Assembly: GCA_035084275.1 (NCBI GenBank)
Contig: CM068750.1
Location: 8,432,001-8,496,000, forward strand
DNA: 64,000 bases
Direction: 5' to 3'
DNA from: Hydrolagus colliei
Lineage: Eukaryota
Shown: positions 38,964-59,204 of the stretch, piece after piece
Layout of the letters: the number at the start of each line of letters is the position of its first letter
Position numbering within the stretch: the stretch's first letter is position 1
Program-made: the position numbers and the translations under genes
Notes under the pieces: model-generated
Databases searched by the model: none
What the model saw: the letters and a program-made list of their open reading frames with translations, nothing else
What the model was told of the DNA's origin: nothing

Positions 38964-41900
38964 CTGCAGATATACAAAAATACCAGTTGCTCATTCACTT
39001 TCCTATAAATGGTAATGCTACTACTCGACAAAGGCAAACTTGGGAGTTAACTATTGGTATAGTTGATCCCAAATATTGGTTAAAACTACTGGCAGCTCTT
39101 GGTACTCCCAAATGATGAAAAATGTTAAAGGTTTAATCAAATCATGAAGTAAATTGATGCAGAACTTAATTTATGACTGGATTGTACTGTGGTAGTTTAT
39201 TTTCGAGGCTATTGAACCTTAATTCCTGGGTATGTCACATTAGCAGCAACAACTTGCATTTATATCATGCCTGTTTTATCTATAAGTGCTTGACAAATGT
39301 GGTGGTGAAAAAAAAACTACTGTAGGCCTATATAAGAACATGTGACATAATACAAATAAATTTGCCATTGAACAATATTGGAGCAATGATACAGTATTTA
39401 GAACCACTCTTGTCAATTGAATTTTACAGCAGCAACTTTATGAAAGCAATCCACAATCTCTTTGATTTCCTTGTGCCTTTCCAAGAAATGTGTTAATTTG
39501 AAAGCATTGCTATTTATATTACTGCAAAGTGCCTGTTGGTTTGACCTAACGTGCAAAGGCAAGTCTGGGAATAAGACCTTTGACCAATAAAATAGTCTAA
39601 AATTTGAGCTTGATGATTTCACACTACAGTGATTAAGCTGCAGGTTATTGCTTACCTATAAAATTCCTCCCTTTCTCTCTCATCCAGTTCAGTTATGATG
39701 TAGGATAATGTACGCTCAATGCGAGGAATGATCACTGGGAAGTGAAACAACATAATGAATACTTCTGCGCAAATTCAATATCTACTCGTCAGTAATTGTT
39801 CAGTAGATACATCTTCCCCATTCCCCTACCCTCAGGCCATTTTTGTCTTGTTCCATTTAAACATTTCTGATTTGGGCTAAATTTAAACACCTCAGATCAA
39901 ACAATCCCAGAATAGCCAGATGTGGAGTAATATTTATACATTCTTCCCAAACATAACCCCAACTTCAGTACACCCGCTAGACCAGTACCACATTTCCATT
40001 TTCACACCAGTCATCTTCTAGGGAGGTAAAGTAATTAGGTAAATCTGTCTCTTTTGCAAAGCAGTGTAACATATTTAAGCTCTGTGCCATAATGTTACAC
40101 CAAAAGTGCAAAACTTACCATGTTCAATAGCATTTACACGCCTGTTTGTGATCTTTATAGCTTCATCCAATGTCACAAATGAAGTCTGAAACAAACAATT
40201 TAGTACATTTTTATATTTCACCATTGATAATATTTTCACAGAATGTTTTTCACTACATTTATGATCTCATTCTGTACATTGTGTGTTGACAAGTGTTCCA
40301 ATAGCAAACGTGGAACTAGTGAAATGGGGTTTCTGAACTGTACATTCTTTACTACCATTTTTTTTAAAAAAGGTGCAATCTGTTGTTGAGCACCCATATT
40401 GTTTTGTGGTTTACATTATCATGCTATATGTAGTCATTCTTGCAGTGGCTTGGGATTAGTTCTGCACAAGCAACAGGCTACGGTGGGTACATGTCATATG
40501 TGTGCTGGTATTTTGTCTTAACATAGCCTTGCTTACTTCCGTATTCAAAAAGGATGATGCATCGCCAGTCACATAAAACTCATTTAATTTTCATTGATTT
40601 TGGATCAATTTCAAGATTGCTTTCAAATCCCTTCATGTCCAGGCACCTCCCTATCTTTCCAACCTGCTTACTCCCCAACCCACTACCCGCTGCCTCCACT
40701 CAACTGGTTCCAGCCTCCTGAATGTTCCCTGTATTCTCCGTTCAGCACCTTGGGAAGTCCTCCCAAGGTGAAAGGCGCTCTAAAAATGTAATGTTGTTGT
40801 TCCACAATCAGTGTCCATGCTTATATGCTTATATGCATCATGTACTGACTATTCCTGATTTTGATAACGTAATGAATGACTGTAAAAAAAATCCATAATC
40901 TTGTTTGTTTTATATGGAAGGTTGGTCTTTGAATGTGGTCAAAAAAGTAAAATCACTTAAAGCTAAGAGAGAGACCTTCCTTTTCTGACCACTCCTTAGT
41001 TTAAGTTGAATTATTTGGCTTTTTTTTTACTGAACAGGTACCTTATTTTTCTTTTGCGATACTTGGGATACATTTCACCAGAATTCTCACTTACAGAATT
41101 GCGGAATTTAACTGTGATAGCACAACTCAAACCATGTCCAAGTTATTTTATTTTCCAAATTTTGTTCAAGAAATAAAACTAGGTGTACACTCCTAGTATG
41201 GTTAAAGCTTGGTGGGCCTAAATGCAGTCTTTTTTTTTTAAATGTAACTTGTATTATTTTTGTAGTGTAGATTGAATTTTTGTAGTGAAAAAATATTAGA
41301 ATCACCTCTCTGTGCCTCTTACCTGCAGTGATGCCAGTTCAACCAAAAGCTCCACTGCTTTTGCATAATTTCTCTTGAGTTTAGCCAACTGTTCTCCGCC
41401 TCTGGCTAGTCCAGTCAATTCATAACCTGACGAGAATCAGAAAATGAAGAATTTGTCTTGGGTCATATTTGCTTGAGATGATAAGTACTGTATCTTCCTC
41501 TTCACCTTCATATTTAATCACTAGCTTTTAGAGGCCCACAAGAAAACAGGATGACTGGGACAGCCAGAGGTAGTTTTGGTCCTAATGGGGAATTGTGTAC
41601 AAGTGTTGATCTATGTGAAGAGATTTTAGCTCTCTCAATAATCCTGTCTCAGGATATTGGTAAGTTTGAGTGAAAATGATAGTTTATGATTGCTTTCGGG
41701 TTTCAGGGAATTGGTGTATCGAATGTCTTATCCAGAAGATGTCAGCAAGTCATGCAGAATGCCTGCCTGGTGCTCTAATACAATGTGCAAAGTACTCGAT
41801 CCTCTTCCTTGTTCTGCTATATGCTGACATTCTCTACTCTCTTTCCACATATACTGTACCACACTGTTTCTGGAAACTTTCTCACAAGTTTTGTACAAAT

Positions 41901-44900
41901 AATCATTCAAAAGTACAAATTCTTTGTTTAAATCCACATTCATTCTATCTTCTTGTTACAGAAATAACTTTAGTAACAGAATAAATCATTATTTCTGAGA
42001 AGTAAGTAAATGTATACTTACTATCTCCTCCTTCCTGGTAGTATTCAAACACTGGCAGAGTAACACCTATCAAGACAATCGAGTTTATTAATTGAAGCCA
42101 CTTTCAACAAATTAGTTTACAGCAAATCAAGTTACCAAAATCTTGAGCTTCTCTATTAAGGCCTCTGGGATGCTTCCGGCATGAAGGACTATATAAATGC
42201 AGGTTGTTTTGATTAATCGTAAACTCTTGATTTATGTACAATTAAGTAAATTGCTTGTGTACTGATAATTTCTTTCGTCACTGATAAGACAATTGGCAGA
42301 AATAATATGTTTCATTTAAAGAACAAGATTCAAGCATATTTTGTAAAACATACCTGCTACGTTGTCTCTCCTAGCTCGGACCTTGACTTGTGCCTTGTTC
42401 ACATTCTGAATCACAGTGGTACTGCATAAAATGAAACGAGGATATCAGCCACAAATGTCAACAGTTGTTACATAATGTGATCGGTGAGTTAATTTTCTTG
42501 ATGTAGCTCTTGAACATCAGCTGAATAGATAATCACTCAACTAATATTACAGTAAAAGCCCATTTACCCGGCACCCGATCAACCGTAACTTCCGCATAAC
42601 CAGCATCGCAAAAAAAAAGGTCCGCATTCGATTAACCGGAATTTATCCGGAAAAATGCACTGAAATTATTAGGTTTTTTTTTGGGGGGGGGCGTTTTCGG
42701 CCGAATATCCGGCACACATTTTAACCAGCATTGGCCGGGTCCCGAGGGTGCCGGATAAACAGGCTTTTACTATACTTGGTTCTGCGCCTCGGATGCTGTG
42801 CAAAAATATTTCTCCACATTTGAGGAGGAAAAAACAATGAACCATCGTTTTTATTAGAAACCGTCTCAAAGTCACATTAGTAGCACAATTCCTTTGGAGA
42901 TGGGCAAAGATGGAAAAATGGAGAGTGGATTATTGTTCCACGTACATGGATGGAGTTACTTTTATCCTCCCTTGAAGACGTTATCTCACCTGAAGTCTCC
43001 AGCAGTAAACTTAGCTTCCGCCAAGGAAAAGGCTGCCTCCCTCATTACTTCACCCATCAGAGTCTTAGTCTGGAGGAGTGAAATGTCACAGTTAATTCAA
43101 ATCAAGCAACAGGAAGTCAGTCCAATATTTTTAAAAAGTCATTCAATCACAATGTTCGATTATTCAAATCGCCCACCTATCCACCTATCAATGCATGAAG
43201 ATTTCACATTTGTCGAGACTGGAGTGTGCATTGACTCCCCAGATGGCTGGACCCTGCAGGCAAGTATTGGGCTGGTCAGGGGAGCAGGAGCTATGTTTTT
43301 CCAGAGCCAAACTACCAAGCCCACAACAGAGGATCACCTTGACTCTGATATTTCAATGGCAAGTAAGTCACTTTGGAGGCAGCAAAGCGTTGAGGAGACC
43401 TCATTTGTCTCCCACCAGGATTTGTCTCTCTGGTGGGAGAGAGACAAATGAGGTCTCCTCAACGCTTTGCTGCCTCCAAAGTTGCTTAGTTATCAGTTGA
43501 CATCTGAGAAGCGTAGGTTGGAGCCCAGTATGTGAATAGCATGTACCAGCTCTTTTTTGTGAGCTGCTGAAGCTCCACCACTCCAATTGGTGGAACAATC
43601 ATTCAAATGGGAAGAGTAGGGATGTGTATCCAAGCTTTCCTTACAAACTTATTATTCTGTCAAAAGAACAATTTATAAACTGAGTCAAAATGAACAAAGT
43701 TTTGGTAGCTCATACTCTTTTGATGGAATTTTCACCTCAATAATCTTTTTCAAGATTTGTCTGAAGCGAAGAGTAAGGGCATCAGACTTTTTCTTTAGTA
43801 AATTACGACCAGTCTGAGCACCTTTCAAACGTGCCTTCATTATCGTCTGTACCCTGAAAGAAAAAATAAAGTATTCAAACAGCTTACTTTAGCATTGGCA
43901 GCATCAGCATCCATAGATGCACACTCCACCTCGCCAAGCCAGTCAGGAACCTGGGTATCTTGTTTGACCCTGAACTGTCCTTTCTTCCCCCATATCCGTG
44001 CCATGACCACCACTGCCTTCCAACCACCTCTGCAACATCTGAGACACTGCCTCACCCCTCAGAAAACACCTGCAGAAACCCTCACACACGCCTTTGTTAC
44101 CTCAAGGCTCGACTACGGTAACTCCATCCTTATCTGCCTCCCGAACTCTTTCCTCCACAAACTGACCATCCAAAACTCATGTGTCCTCTCCCACACCTGG
44201 CTCCATGACCCCATTACCCCAGCAGGTTCTGGCCTGCTCCACCCATCCTGACCGACCCACGCTACGACTGGTAGCCAGGCTTTCAGCCTCTCTGCCCCCA
44301 CACTTTGGAACTCCATCCCACAATCCCTTTGCCTTGCTCCTTCTTTAAATGTCGTTTTGTTATTGTTGTTGATGATAATACAGCTGTCAATCTATCTCTT
44401 CCTTACTCTCAAGAATAAAAAAAATCTGATAAAGCACCTTTAATGTCAGGAATACATTTCAAAGCATTTCACCTGAAACACTGTGATGTGTAGTGACTGT
44501 GTACTTTTGACATTTTCAGAGCGAATCAGAAAAAGGGTTCTGCATATAGATCAAAATGATGGTGTATTTGCTGATTGAAAGATGCAATATTGCGCATTAA
44601 AAAGATTCGACTTGAGCAATAGTGGATTGCAACATTTTGGAATCAGTTAGTGGTGCTGGACTGCAGAATGACATTCTATATCACCCATCAGCAATTTGAG
44701 TTCCTTTCTCTTCCTCCTAGCTTCTTCCCCCATCCCAATCTCCTCCCCCGGCGCCAGGTTCTTCCGAGGCCTCGTACTCCGATTCCAATCTAGTTGTTGT
44801 ACATCCATAATTTAGTGAGAGAAGGGACTGGATTGCTTTTGATTGCTATTCGAATAGACTGACAAGCGTTACTCTCCCCCCCCCCCACCCCGCATCAATA

Positions 44901-45093
44901 TCTCGCAGATGCTTTTTTTTCTTTTTAATCATTTTTTAAAAACAAACAGCGAATTATTGCAAGAAACAGGAGGCACGATCTCGATTTTATACCCCAAAAA
45001 AAATGGGGGTGGGAAGGGGGGAAAAAGAGAGATACGAAGAGTATCAACTTACATCCGAGAGGGAAAGACCTCAATCCTCTCCTTTCCTGACAT
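38825..45093 (-). CDS. ATP6V1D: V-type proton ATPase V1 subunit D, 9 exons, 246 aa
   Basis: Minus-strand exons 45053-45093, 43736-43853, 42990-43069, 42354-42421, 42022-42066, 41323-41426, 40119-40185, 39656-39734, 38825-38963 total 741 nt, all GT-AG. Reads [40 protein letters not shown]...NRRVNAIEH...DTDLLFD*. Confidence 0.97.
39656..39734 (-). CDS. ATP6V1D: ATP6V1D exon 8
   Basis: [25 protein letters not shown]. Confidence 0.95.
40119..40185 (-). CDS. ATP6V1D: ATP6V1D exon 7
   Basis: [22 protein letters not shown]. Confidence 0.95.
41323..41426 (-). CDS. ATP6V1D: ATP6V1D exon 6
   Basis: [34 protein letters not shown]. Confidence 0.95.
42022..42066 (-). CDS. ATP6V1D: ATP6V1D exon 5
   Basis: [14 protein letters not shown]. 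Confidence 0.93.
42354..42421 (-). CDS. ATP6V1D: ATP6V1D exon 4
   Basis: [22 protein letters not shown]. Confidence 0.94.
42550..42772. mobile_element. MITE with about 26-bp TIRs and TA target-site duplication (Tc1/mariner-Tigger type)
   Basis: TA|CAGTAAAAGCCCATTTACCCGGCACCC...GGGTGCCGGATAAACAGGCTTTTACTA|TA; second copy at 49781-50007. Confidence 0.88.
42990..43069 (-). CDS. ATP6V1D: ATP6V1D exon 3
   Basis: [26 protein letters not shown]. Confidence 0.95.
43370..43482. repeat. Perfect 42-bp inverted repeat (hairpin)
   Basis: 43370-43411 is the exact reverse complement of 43441-43482. Confidence 0.95.
43736..43853 (-). CDS. ATP6V1D: ATP6V1D exon 2
   Basis: [39 protein letters not shown]. 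Confidence 0.95.
43900..44372 (+). mobile_element. L2 LINE RT C-terminal relic
   Basis: [24 protein letters not shown] is the typical L2 ORF2 motif; followed by [12 protein letters not shown] and a (TTG) tail. Confidence 0.85.
45053..45093 (-). CDS. ATP6V1D: ATP6V1D coding exon 1
   Basis: [13 protein letters not shown](M) then GTAAGT. Confidence 0.93.
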
Positions 45094-45437
45094 CTTTGCT
45101 CTGGGTTGCAGGAATTGAGAGAAAAAAGATCGAGAAACACTCAATGGAGTACAACGAGGTGCGGATGTTCGGATGACCTTCAGACAGAGCTGTCTCCGTC
45201 CAGCGAAGGTTCTGCGTGTTGCTGTAATTTTCTCTTGTTTCTTTTCGGATTAAAAAAACACACACCAACCGACTCTGGCTCGACAATTCTGCCTGGGTTT
45301 GGAATCAGCTGATCAATGTCACATGGAGGAGCGGAAATGACCCTGCTTCCCTTTAGCGGACAAACACACCAACACGCAAACAAACCAACATGTACAAACA
45401 CAAATTCGTAATTCAGTCGGTATTCAACACTTCCCCG

Positions 45438-45570
45438 AGAGAGGATTGATTGATTGATTGTGAGGAGGGAGGGGATTGATTGATTGTGAGGAGGGAGGGA
45501 GAGAGGATTGATTGATTGATTGATAGGAGGGAGGGAGGGAGAGAGGATTGATTGATAGGGAGAAGGATTG
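45438..45570. repeat. Compound (GATT)n/(GGGA)n minisatellite
   Basis: Four to five iterations of GAGGATTGATTGATT...GAGGAGGGAGGGA. Confidence 0.85.
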
Positions 45571-46079
45571 TGTTGAGGGAGTATTCACGGCTACACCGTG
45601 AGGCGCTTTGAAGTTGTATGCTGGACCAAATATTATATTTCCAAATAAATATACACTCTATGTATAATTTTTTTAAAACTTCGAGGGTAAAGGAGCTGAA
45701 AAAAAAAGGTGTTTTATTCTAGAGTGGCCTAGCCTCCTGTTACCAATATGGCGACGTGGCGGCTTCAGTTCAGTGGATCTGCCTGCCACACTCCTCTTCA
45801 GCTCCACCTCAATCAAACCGGTGGCTTCACAAAGAAAGCGGCCAACACGGTTTAGGTGAAATGCCGGCGGCGCTATCGAAAGAGCCACAACTTGCATTAA
45901 AAAAACGACACCATTTGCAATTTCAAAAGCGAGAGATGGCGGCGACCTTTGACCCCCCACCTCAGCGCCGCGGTGGTGGGGGGGGGGGGGGGCGGGAGGG
46001 GAGTGAGCGCAGGCGCACTGAGGGGGGTGCACGCGCTGAGGAACCAGGCGGAAACGGCGGCGGCGGAGACTGGCCTCTA

Positions 46080-46163
46080 ACAGACGCTCGTTCCATTCAA
46101 CCTCGTGTGGCGGCGACGCCTTCTCTTCCTCCTCCTCCTTCTGCTCTCACATACTCTTTCCAG
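46080..46163 (+). other. EIF2S1: EIF2S1 non-coding exon 1 (start approximate)
   Basis: Ends ...CACATACTCTTTCCAG|GTAATG and would splice to |A-ATG at 48645, resembling the human leader as I recall it (CACATACACCTCAG|AATG). Confidence 0.75.
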
Positions 46164-46258
46164 GTAATGGTGCCGGGCTTGCGAGGACAAATATAGGGCA
46201 AGGCTGCGTGAGGGGCTGTGTGGGGCCTGTCTGTTCGGCTGCCGGAGAGATAGGGAGG

Positions 46259-46260
46259 GA

Positions 46261-46300
<40 letters not shown>
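46259..46300. repeat. (GGCA)n microsatellite in EIF2S1 intron 1
   Basis: About 10 tandem AGGC units. Confidence 0.9.
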
Positions 46301-46302
<2 letters not shown>

Positions 46303-46899
46303 TGAGGCCTGGGGAATGACTGCATTTTGAGACTCAATCCCACAGAGAGGAGATGCGGCTTCTGTCTGTGTCGCTCGCACCCTTTTTTTCCAGTCGTGTG
46401 TGCTATTCGCGGCGAAAACGTGTTCCTTGGCCTCGGAGTAAATTAATTAAAATGAAAGTGAAGGCGAAGATTCATCTGATTTTTTTTCCCCCCTGTTCCA
46501 AGTTTTGTCATTTTTTTAATATAAACGTACGAGTTCAGTCGATGATGAAACAAAACAAAAAAATGGCTCGGTGTGTATATTGGTCCATTGATGCTCCTCT
46601 CCCATCATTAGCACTCGCACCCACCCCGAGTCTGTCGTTTTGGGGTGGTCTCTTTTGATAGAAATGATCAATTGCAAGGAAGCCTTTTAATGGGATCAAG
46701 GTGAGGAAAAGTGCGGGTACACGCCCGTATTTTGTCCCATGTGGTGGTGTTGCACTGCCCAACCCCAGAAGGCAGATGATTTGAGGCACTTATGCATCGT
46801 TTCCATACCGTCCCGATAAATTTCCATGTGTTGGTGGCATATATATTGATAACAATCGTGGCATTTGATATAGTTCTCCACTGCCGATAACAGCACAGG

Positions 46900-47450
46900 T
46901 TCATCTAAGGGCAGACCGGTCACTGGGGGCAGGAAATCTTCCCACTCAGCTCCTGTTAATCCTGGAAGTCAAAGCGTCCATAGGGTGTTGCTCACTGGAC
47001 AAACGCAGGAAAGCTGGCCAGTCAGTACTATCAATGGCAATCTGTGCAGTTTTAGTTGGTTAGTACCCCCAACACATACTCCGGGGTCCCCAAACCTTGA
47101 CTCTCTCCAGGGAGAGAGTGTACATTCCAACAATTTATCTTGGGAATTTCTATATGTAGGGTAGGAGGTTGAAGAGTTCAGACCTGCAAGAGAGAAGACG
47201 TTTACGGGAGCCGTCAAGAGTATGGCTTCCGTCTTGCCAATTCAGCTGCAGGAAATTTACACTCATCCAAGCTGACAGAGGACATCAGCAGATTGGGAGT
47301 CGCTGGAGGAGGAGAAGTACATTTTGGGCATCATCGATAGATGTCTGCAGATGATATCGCCAAGATGGTGCATTTAGAAAACAAAAAAAGGGGCCAAAGA
47401 TGGAACCTTAAGATACTCTACAGGTGCCCAGGTGGGCGGAATGAAAACTA
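46900..47450 (-). mobile_element. Degenerate L2-like RT relic
   Basis: Minus-strand traces of GVPQGSILGP (GAGTATCTTAAGGTTCCATCTTTGGCCCC), a YxDD-like motif and AF-TSR. Confidence 0.5.
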
Positions 47451-47917
47451 TTTGCCAAGATGTAGGCGGTTTATTAAGCTGACTCAAGCCATGCAAGTGC
47501 CGGCCCACTAAGCACAATACTTAACTCCTACTGCAACCTTTATTTGTTACAAATACATTTCTGCAGCACCTCTCTTGGATTCTTGGATAGGCTACAAGAA
47601 TGTTTTTCTCTTTCAATTCACTGTTAAACTAGAAATAATACTTTCTGGCAAAATTGTCCAAAGTGTTAAGTTCAATTGACAAACTGAGGGGGAACTATAG
47701 CGATGGTTGCAATACTGTTGCAAAGAAAATGGTAGAATAGTTAACAATGACTTCCATAACAAAGGAACTTCACATTTTTGTTTGCACTGATTTATGCACT
47801 TTGAAGTAACATTTTCTTCATTGTAAATGGGTTCCAGTACAAAAGATGCAGTTATTTGTCTAATCATGGTACAAAAAGAGAATCTCTAGATTTGAATTCT
47901 GTACCCATGGGAAATTG

Positions 47918-48131
47918 TTTCGCCTCTTCCCTTTCCTCTTTCAAGGCCGATTTGAAGATTTTCCTCTTCGATCATGCCTTTTGTTCCACCCCGAACTCTT
48001 TTACCTCCCCTTCGTGTTTCACCCCTTCCCAAACACTCCCCTCCCAGCTCGGGTCACACGCCTCTTGTTTAGCGCCTTGGGACGTCCTCCCGACGTGAAA
48101 GGCGCTATATAAATGTAAATTGTTGTTGTTG
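47918..48131 (+). mobile_element. Young L2-type LINE 3' fragment
   Basis: About 5 mismatches versus 21960-22170 by manual comparison. Confidence 0.85.
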
Positions 48132-48486
48132 TGTGAATCGTGGTGCAGATTTGTATGATGTCTAGGTCTGTAATAGTACCTACAACATGAATGAAATTGT
48201 GAACACATGTGAATGCAAATTTTGCCTGAGTGTGCAGTATTAAGCTCAGGTTTGTGATGATCAAAATTGTTGACAGTTTACAAGTGTAATGCCATATTAC
48301 GGTTTGGAAATGTGAGAAAGGTCTTGAATAAAATTAATGTATAATTTTGAGAAATCTATGACTGTTATTTAAAATGTCATTTACCTGACATCTTTCAATT
48401 GAGTCTTAAGGGAATGGCCAGAAGTGCTTGAGGGAAATAAGACAAATGATGACAAAGTCTAGAGACAAACAACAACAAAATAATAA

Positions 48487-56760
<8,274 letters not shown>

Positions 56761-57207
56761 AGCTGTAGAAAGGTTATGTACACAAGAAGTGGATCAGGGA
56801 ACCGTAAACTCCAATCAAAATACAGACTCCAAAACCATCAGTATTGGATGTATCCAAATGGCTTCATTCAAGAGTATTTTATGTCCCATTTATACAGGTT
56901 ACAATCAGGGATCGTTTTCTACCATTTGGATTTTTTTTTCAAAGTAACCGTTCCTATTGAAAATGTTCACAGTTGTCTTAATTCTTTGAGAAGCTGTAAC
57001 TGTTCTCCAAAAATAGTGAAATCTTAAGGGAGGGAGTGAAGTTAGGCTTGTATCTTAAAAACAGCTTAAAATTACATCAGGACGCTTGTAAATCACTGAT
57101 TGTGTAACACTTAACCTTGCAGTGGAGTTTTACAAGAAAATGTCTGCAGAAGGGACAGAACATTTCTTTCTAACAAAATTGTATTCAGACGACATTTAAC
57201 CTGAAAC

Positions 57208-57213
57208 AATAAA
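57208..57213 (+). terminator. Candidate EIF2S1 polyadenylation signal
   Basis: First AATAAA, about 450 nt after the stop, followed by a T-rich tract. Confidence 0.55.
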
Positions 57214-58254
57214 TATTTGGAAAATTTAAAATGACCTCAAGCCTTTAACGTTTTTATTTGCACATCCACATCTTGACACATTTGCTGCATATTCACATTA
57301 AGTGCAATGTAGTTCGCCCAGAATAATGAGCATTATTAATAGCAACCTGGAAAGCAATGAATACAGTATTCACTTTTTCATAAGCACAGCTTAAAATACA
57401 AAATTGCAAAATACATGTAGCAGTCAGTCAATCATATTTTTTTTAAAATAAACGTTCCATACCAAACTATTCTGCTCTATGCCCTGAAATGTAACTTGAT
57501 TATAGCAAAAAAAATGAAATGTCCACATCAAAACTATCAGAATTCCTAATTGTTGCATCCTTTTGAAATGTGAAAAATTGATTCTGTACTTCTGGACTAA
57601 TTTGTTACTAGTCACACTATATCATAGATAACTATCTGATATATGATATAGATAGTTAACTAGATAACTATCTATGCCAAGCCTGTAACAGGGTTGAGGA
57701 TGATATTGAATTTACCAATAAATGGCAAGTACACCAAAGATGGTCGAGTTGTTTGTTCAACTCAGAAATCACTGATTTGCTTCACATCATTAGTTCTTTG
57801 TGGTATGAGATATAATTAAGCAATTTTATCTCACAATGCTGTATTTTGATTTAGTTATTTTAAAGATCTATGTAAATATGATTTTGCAACTTTGATATGA
57901 ACCTTAAAATTTAATCATAGTTGTTATTCAGTTCTTATTGCATTTTCTTCATTAATGGATGAAATTGCAATTTACAACGGGTTGGATTTGAAATGTTTTC
58001 ATAGTTAACTGACTACTTGTTTAGGTCTTCTGAGATTCAATAACTTACACTAGAATTAAATTGAATGTAATCTGGTATCTCATTTCAAAAGAAAAGGCAT
58101 TGCTTTGTGCCCGTCACACCACCTCTTACCAAGATAAAGGTGAATAGAAATCACACATATTTTTGTCTTGGGTCACAAATCTTTAAACCCAGAACATTTA
58201 ATGGGCAAAGAAAACACCAGAAGGGATCCTGTGATTTAAACCTATGATAACAAC

Positions 58255-58385
58255 AATAATAATTATATTTTTTGCATTTGATATAGCGCTTTTCATATCT
58301 TCTAGACCTCTCAAAGCACTTCACAAAATATACTGTAACGTGAATTGACTATTTTGTGGGTGAAACACGGCAGCCAATTGCGCAT
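58255..58385 (-). mobile_element. 5'-truncated Deu-SINE
   Basis: TTGCATTTGATATAGCGCTTTTCA...GGCAGCCAATTGCGCA. Confidence 0.75.
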
Positions 58386-59204
58386 ATGAAATGATATTTT
58401 GATGCAGGAAGTTTCAGAAAATCACACAAACTTGTAGCAACAACAAAACTACATTTGTTTAGTGCCTTTCCTGTTGGAATGATGTCCTAAGGTGCTGGAG
58501 AATCAGTGCTTTGGACCATGATTACTTTTTCTAACGGTTGACGAATCATAACAGCACAACAAATATCTAGTTTCAGACAAACTGCATCTGACACAATCCT
58601 ATACAATACTAAACCTAAATTAATTTAAAATATACAACCAATAGGAAATGACTAAGTATACTACTGAATTCTAAATAAATACTATAATTTGGTTCCATAA
58701 CAGCAAAGTAAGTATACTGTACAATTGTTGAAATTAAGAGTTTTTTTTCCTCCAAGTGATTGGTTTTGCCCTACCCTGCTGTAATTTATGCACTTCAAAT
58801 TTCCAATCAAATAATTTGATTCAACAAGAATTTTATAGGCCTACCTGACTGACTGAGGTGTTGCAAGATGTTTAGATGTTTGCAGCCTTAGGTTGCCTAC
58901 CTAAAGTTGACCCCTATTCTGGGAATAAATGAACCTTTCAGCATCTCCTTGGTGCAGATATTATCTTGGATCAATACATTTTGCCACAAGGTATTAAAAT
59001 GTATGGTGGAACAAATGTTAACCCACACGCAATTCTGAATCTTAGCTATGCTGCTCTCCTGAAAGGGATTCTGCACCATTATACCAAGTTCTATAGGTTT
59101 TGGTGAAAGTTTAGGAATGGGTCAGCTGTGTGTGTAGCAAACAAAATAAGTGTGTTTGACTCAGAATATTTTATATCACTGTAGCACTTAATACAGTGTG
59201 TCAC

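Larger units (their letters stand above)
45094..46163. promoter_or_regulatory. Bidirectional CpG-rich promoter shared by ATP6V1D (-) and EIF2S1 (+)
   Basis: Head-to-head genes about 1 kb apart, CpG-rich. Motifs: E-box GTCACATGG 45318-45326; ETS-like GCGGAAAT 45331 and GGCGGAAAC 46047; CCAAT 45743; YY1-like AATATGGCG 45745 and AGATGGCGGC 45934; GC box near 45988; NRF1-like AGCGCAGGCGCA 46006-46017. Confidence 0.8.

Noticed and set aside
42894-43451. Longest ORF in the track (185 aa, +)
   Set aside because: Antisense to ATP6V1D exon 3 and runs into the hairpin; no recognisable protein
45438-45570. Repeat-spacer-like pattern (CRISPR-like)
   Set aside because: Eukaryotic compound microsatellite with no unique spacers and no cas genes
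45673-46380. Overlapping 77-146 aa ORFs in the promoter
   Set aside because: Stop-poor GC-rich promoter and (GGCA)n repeat; not coding-like
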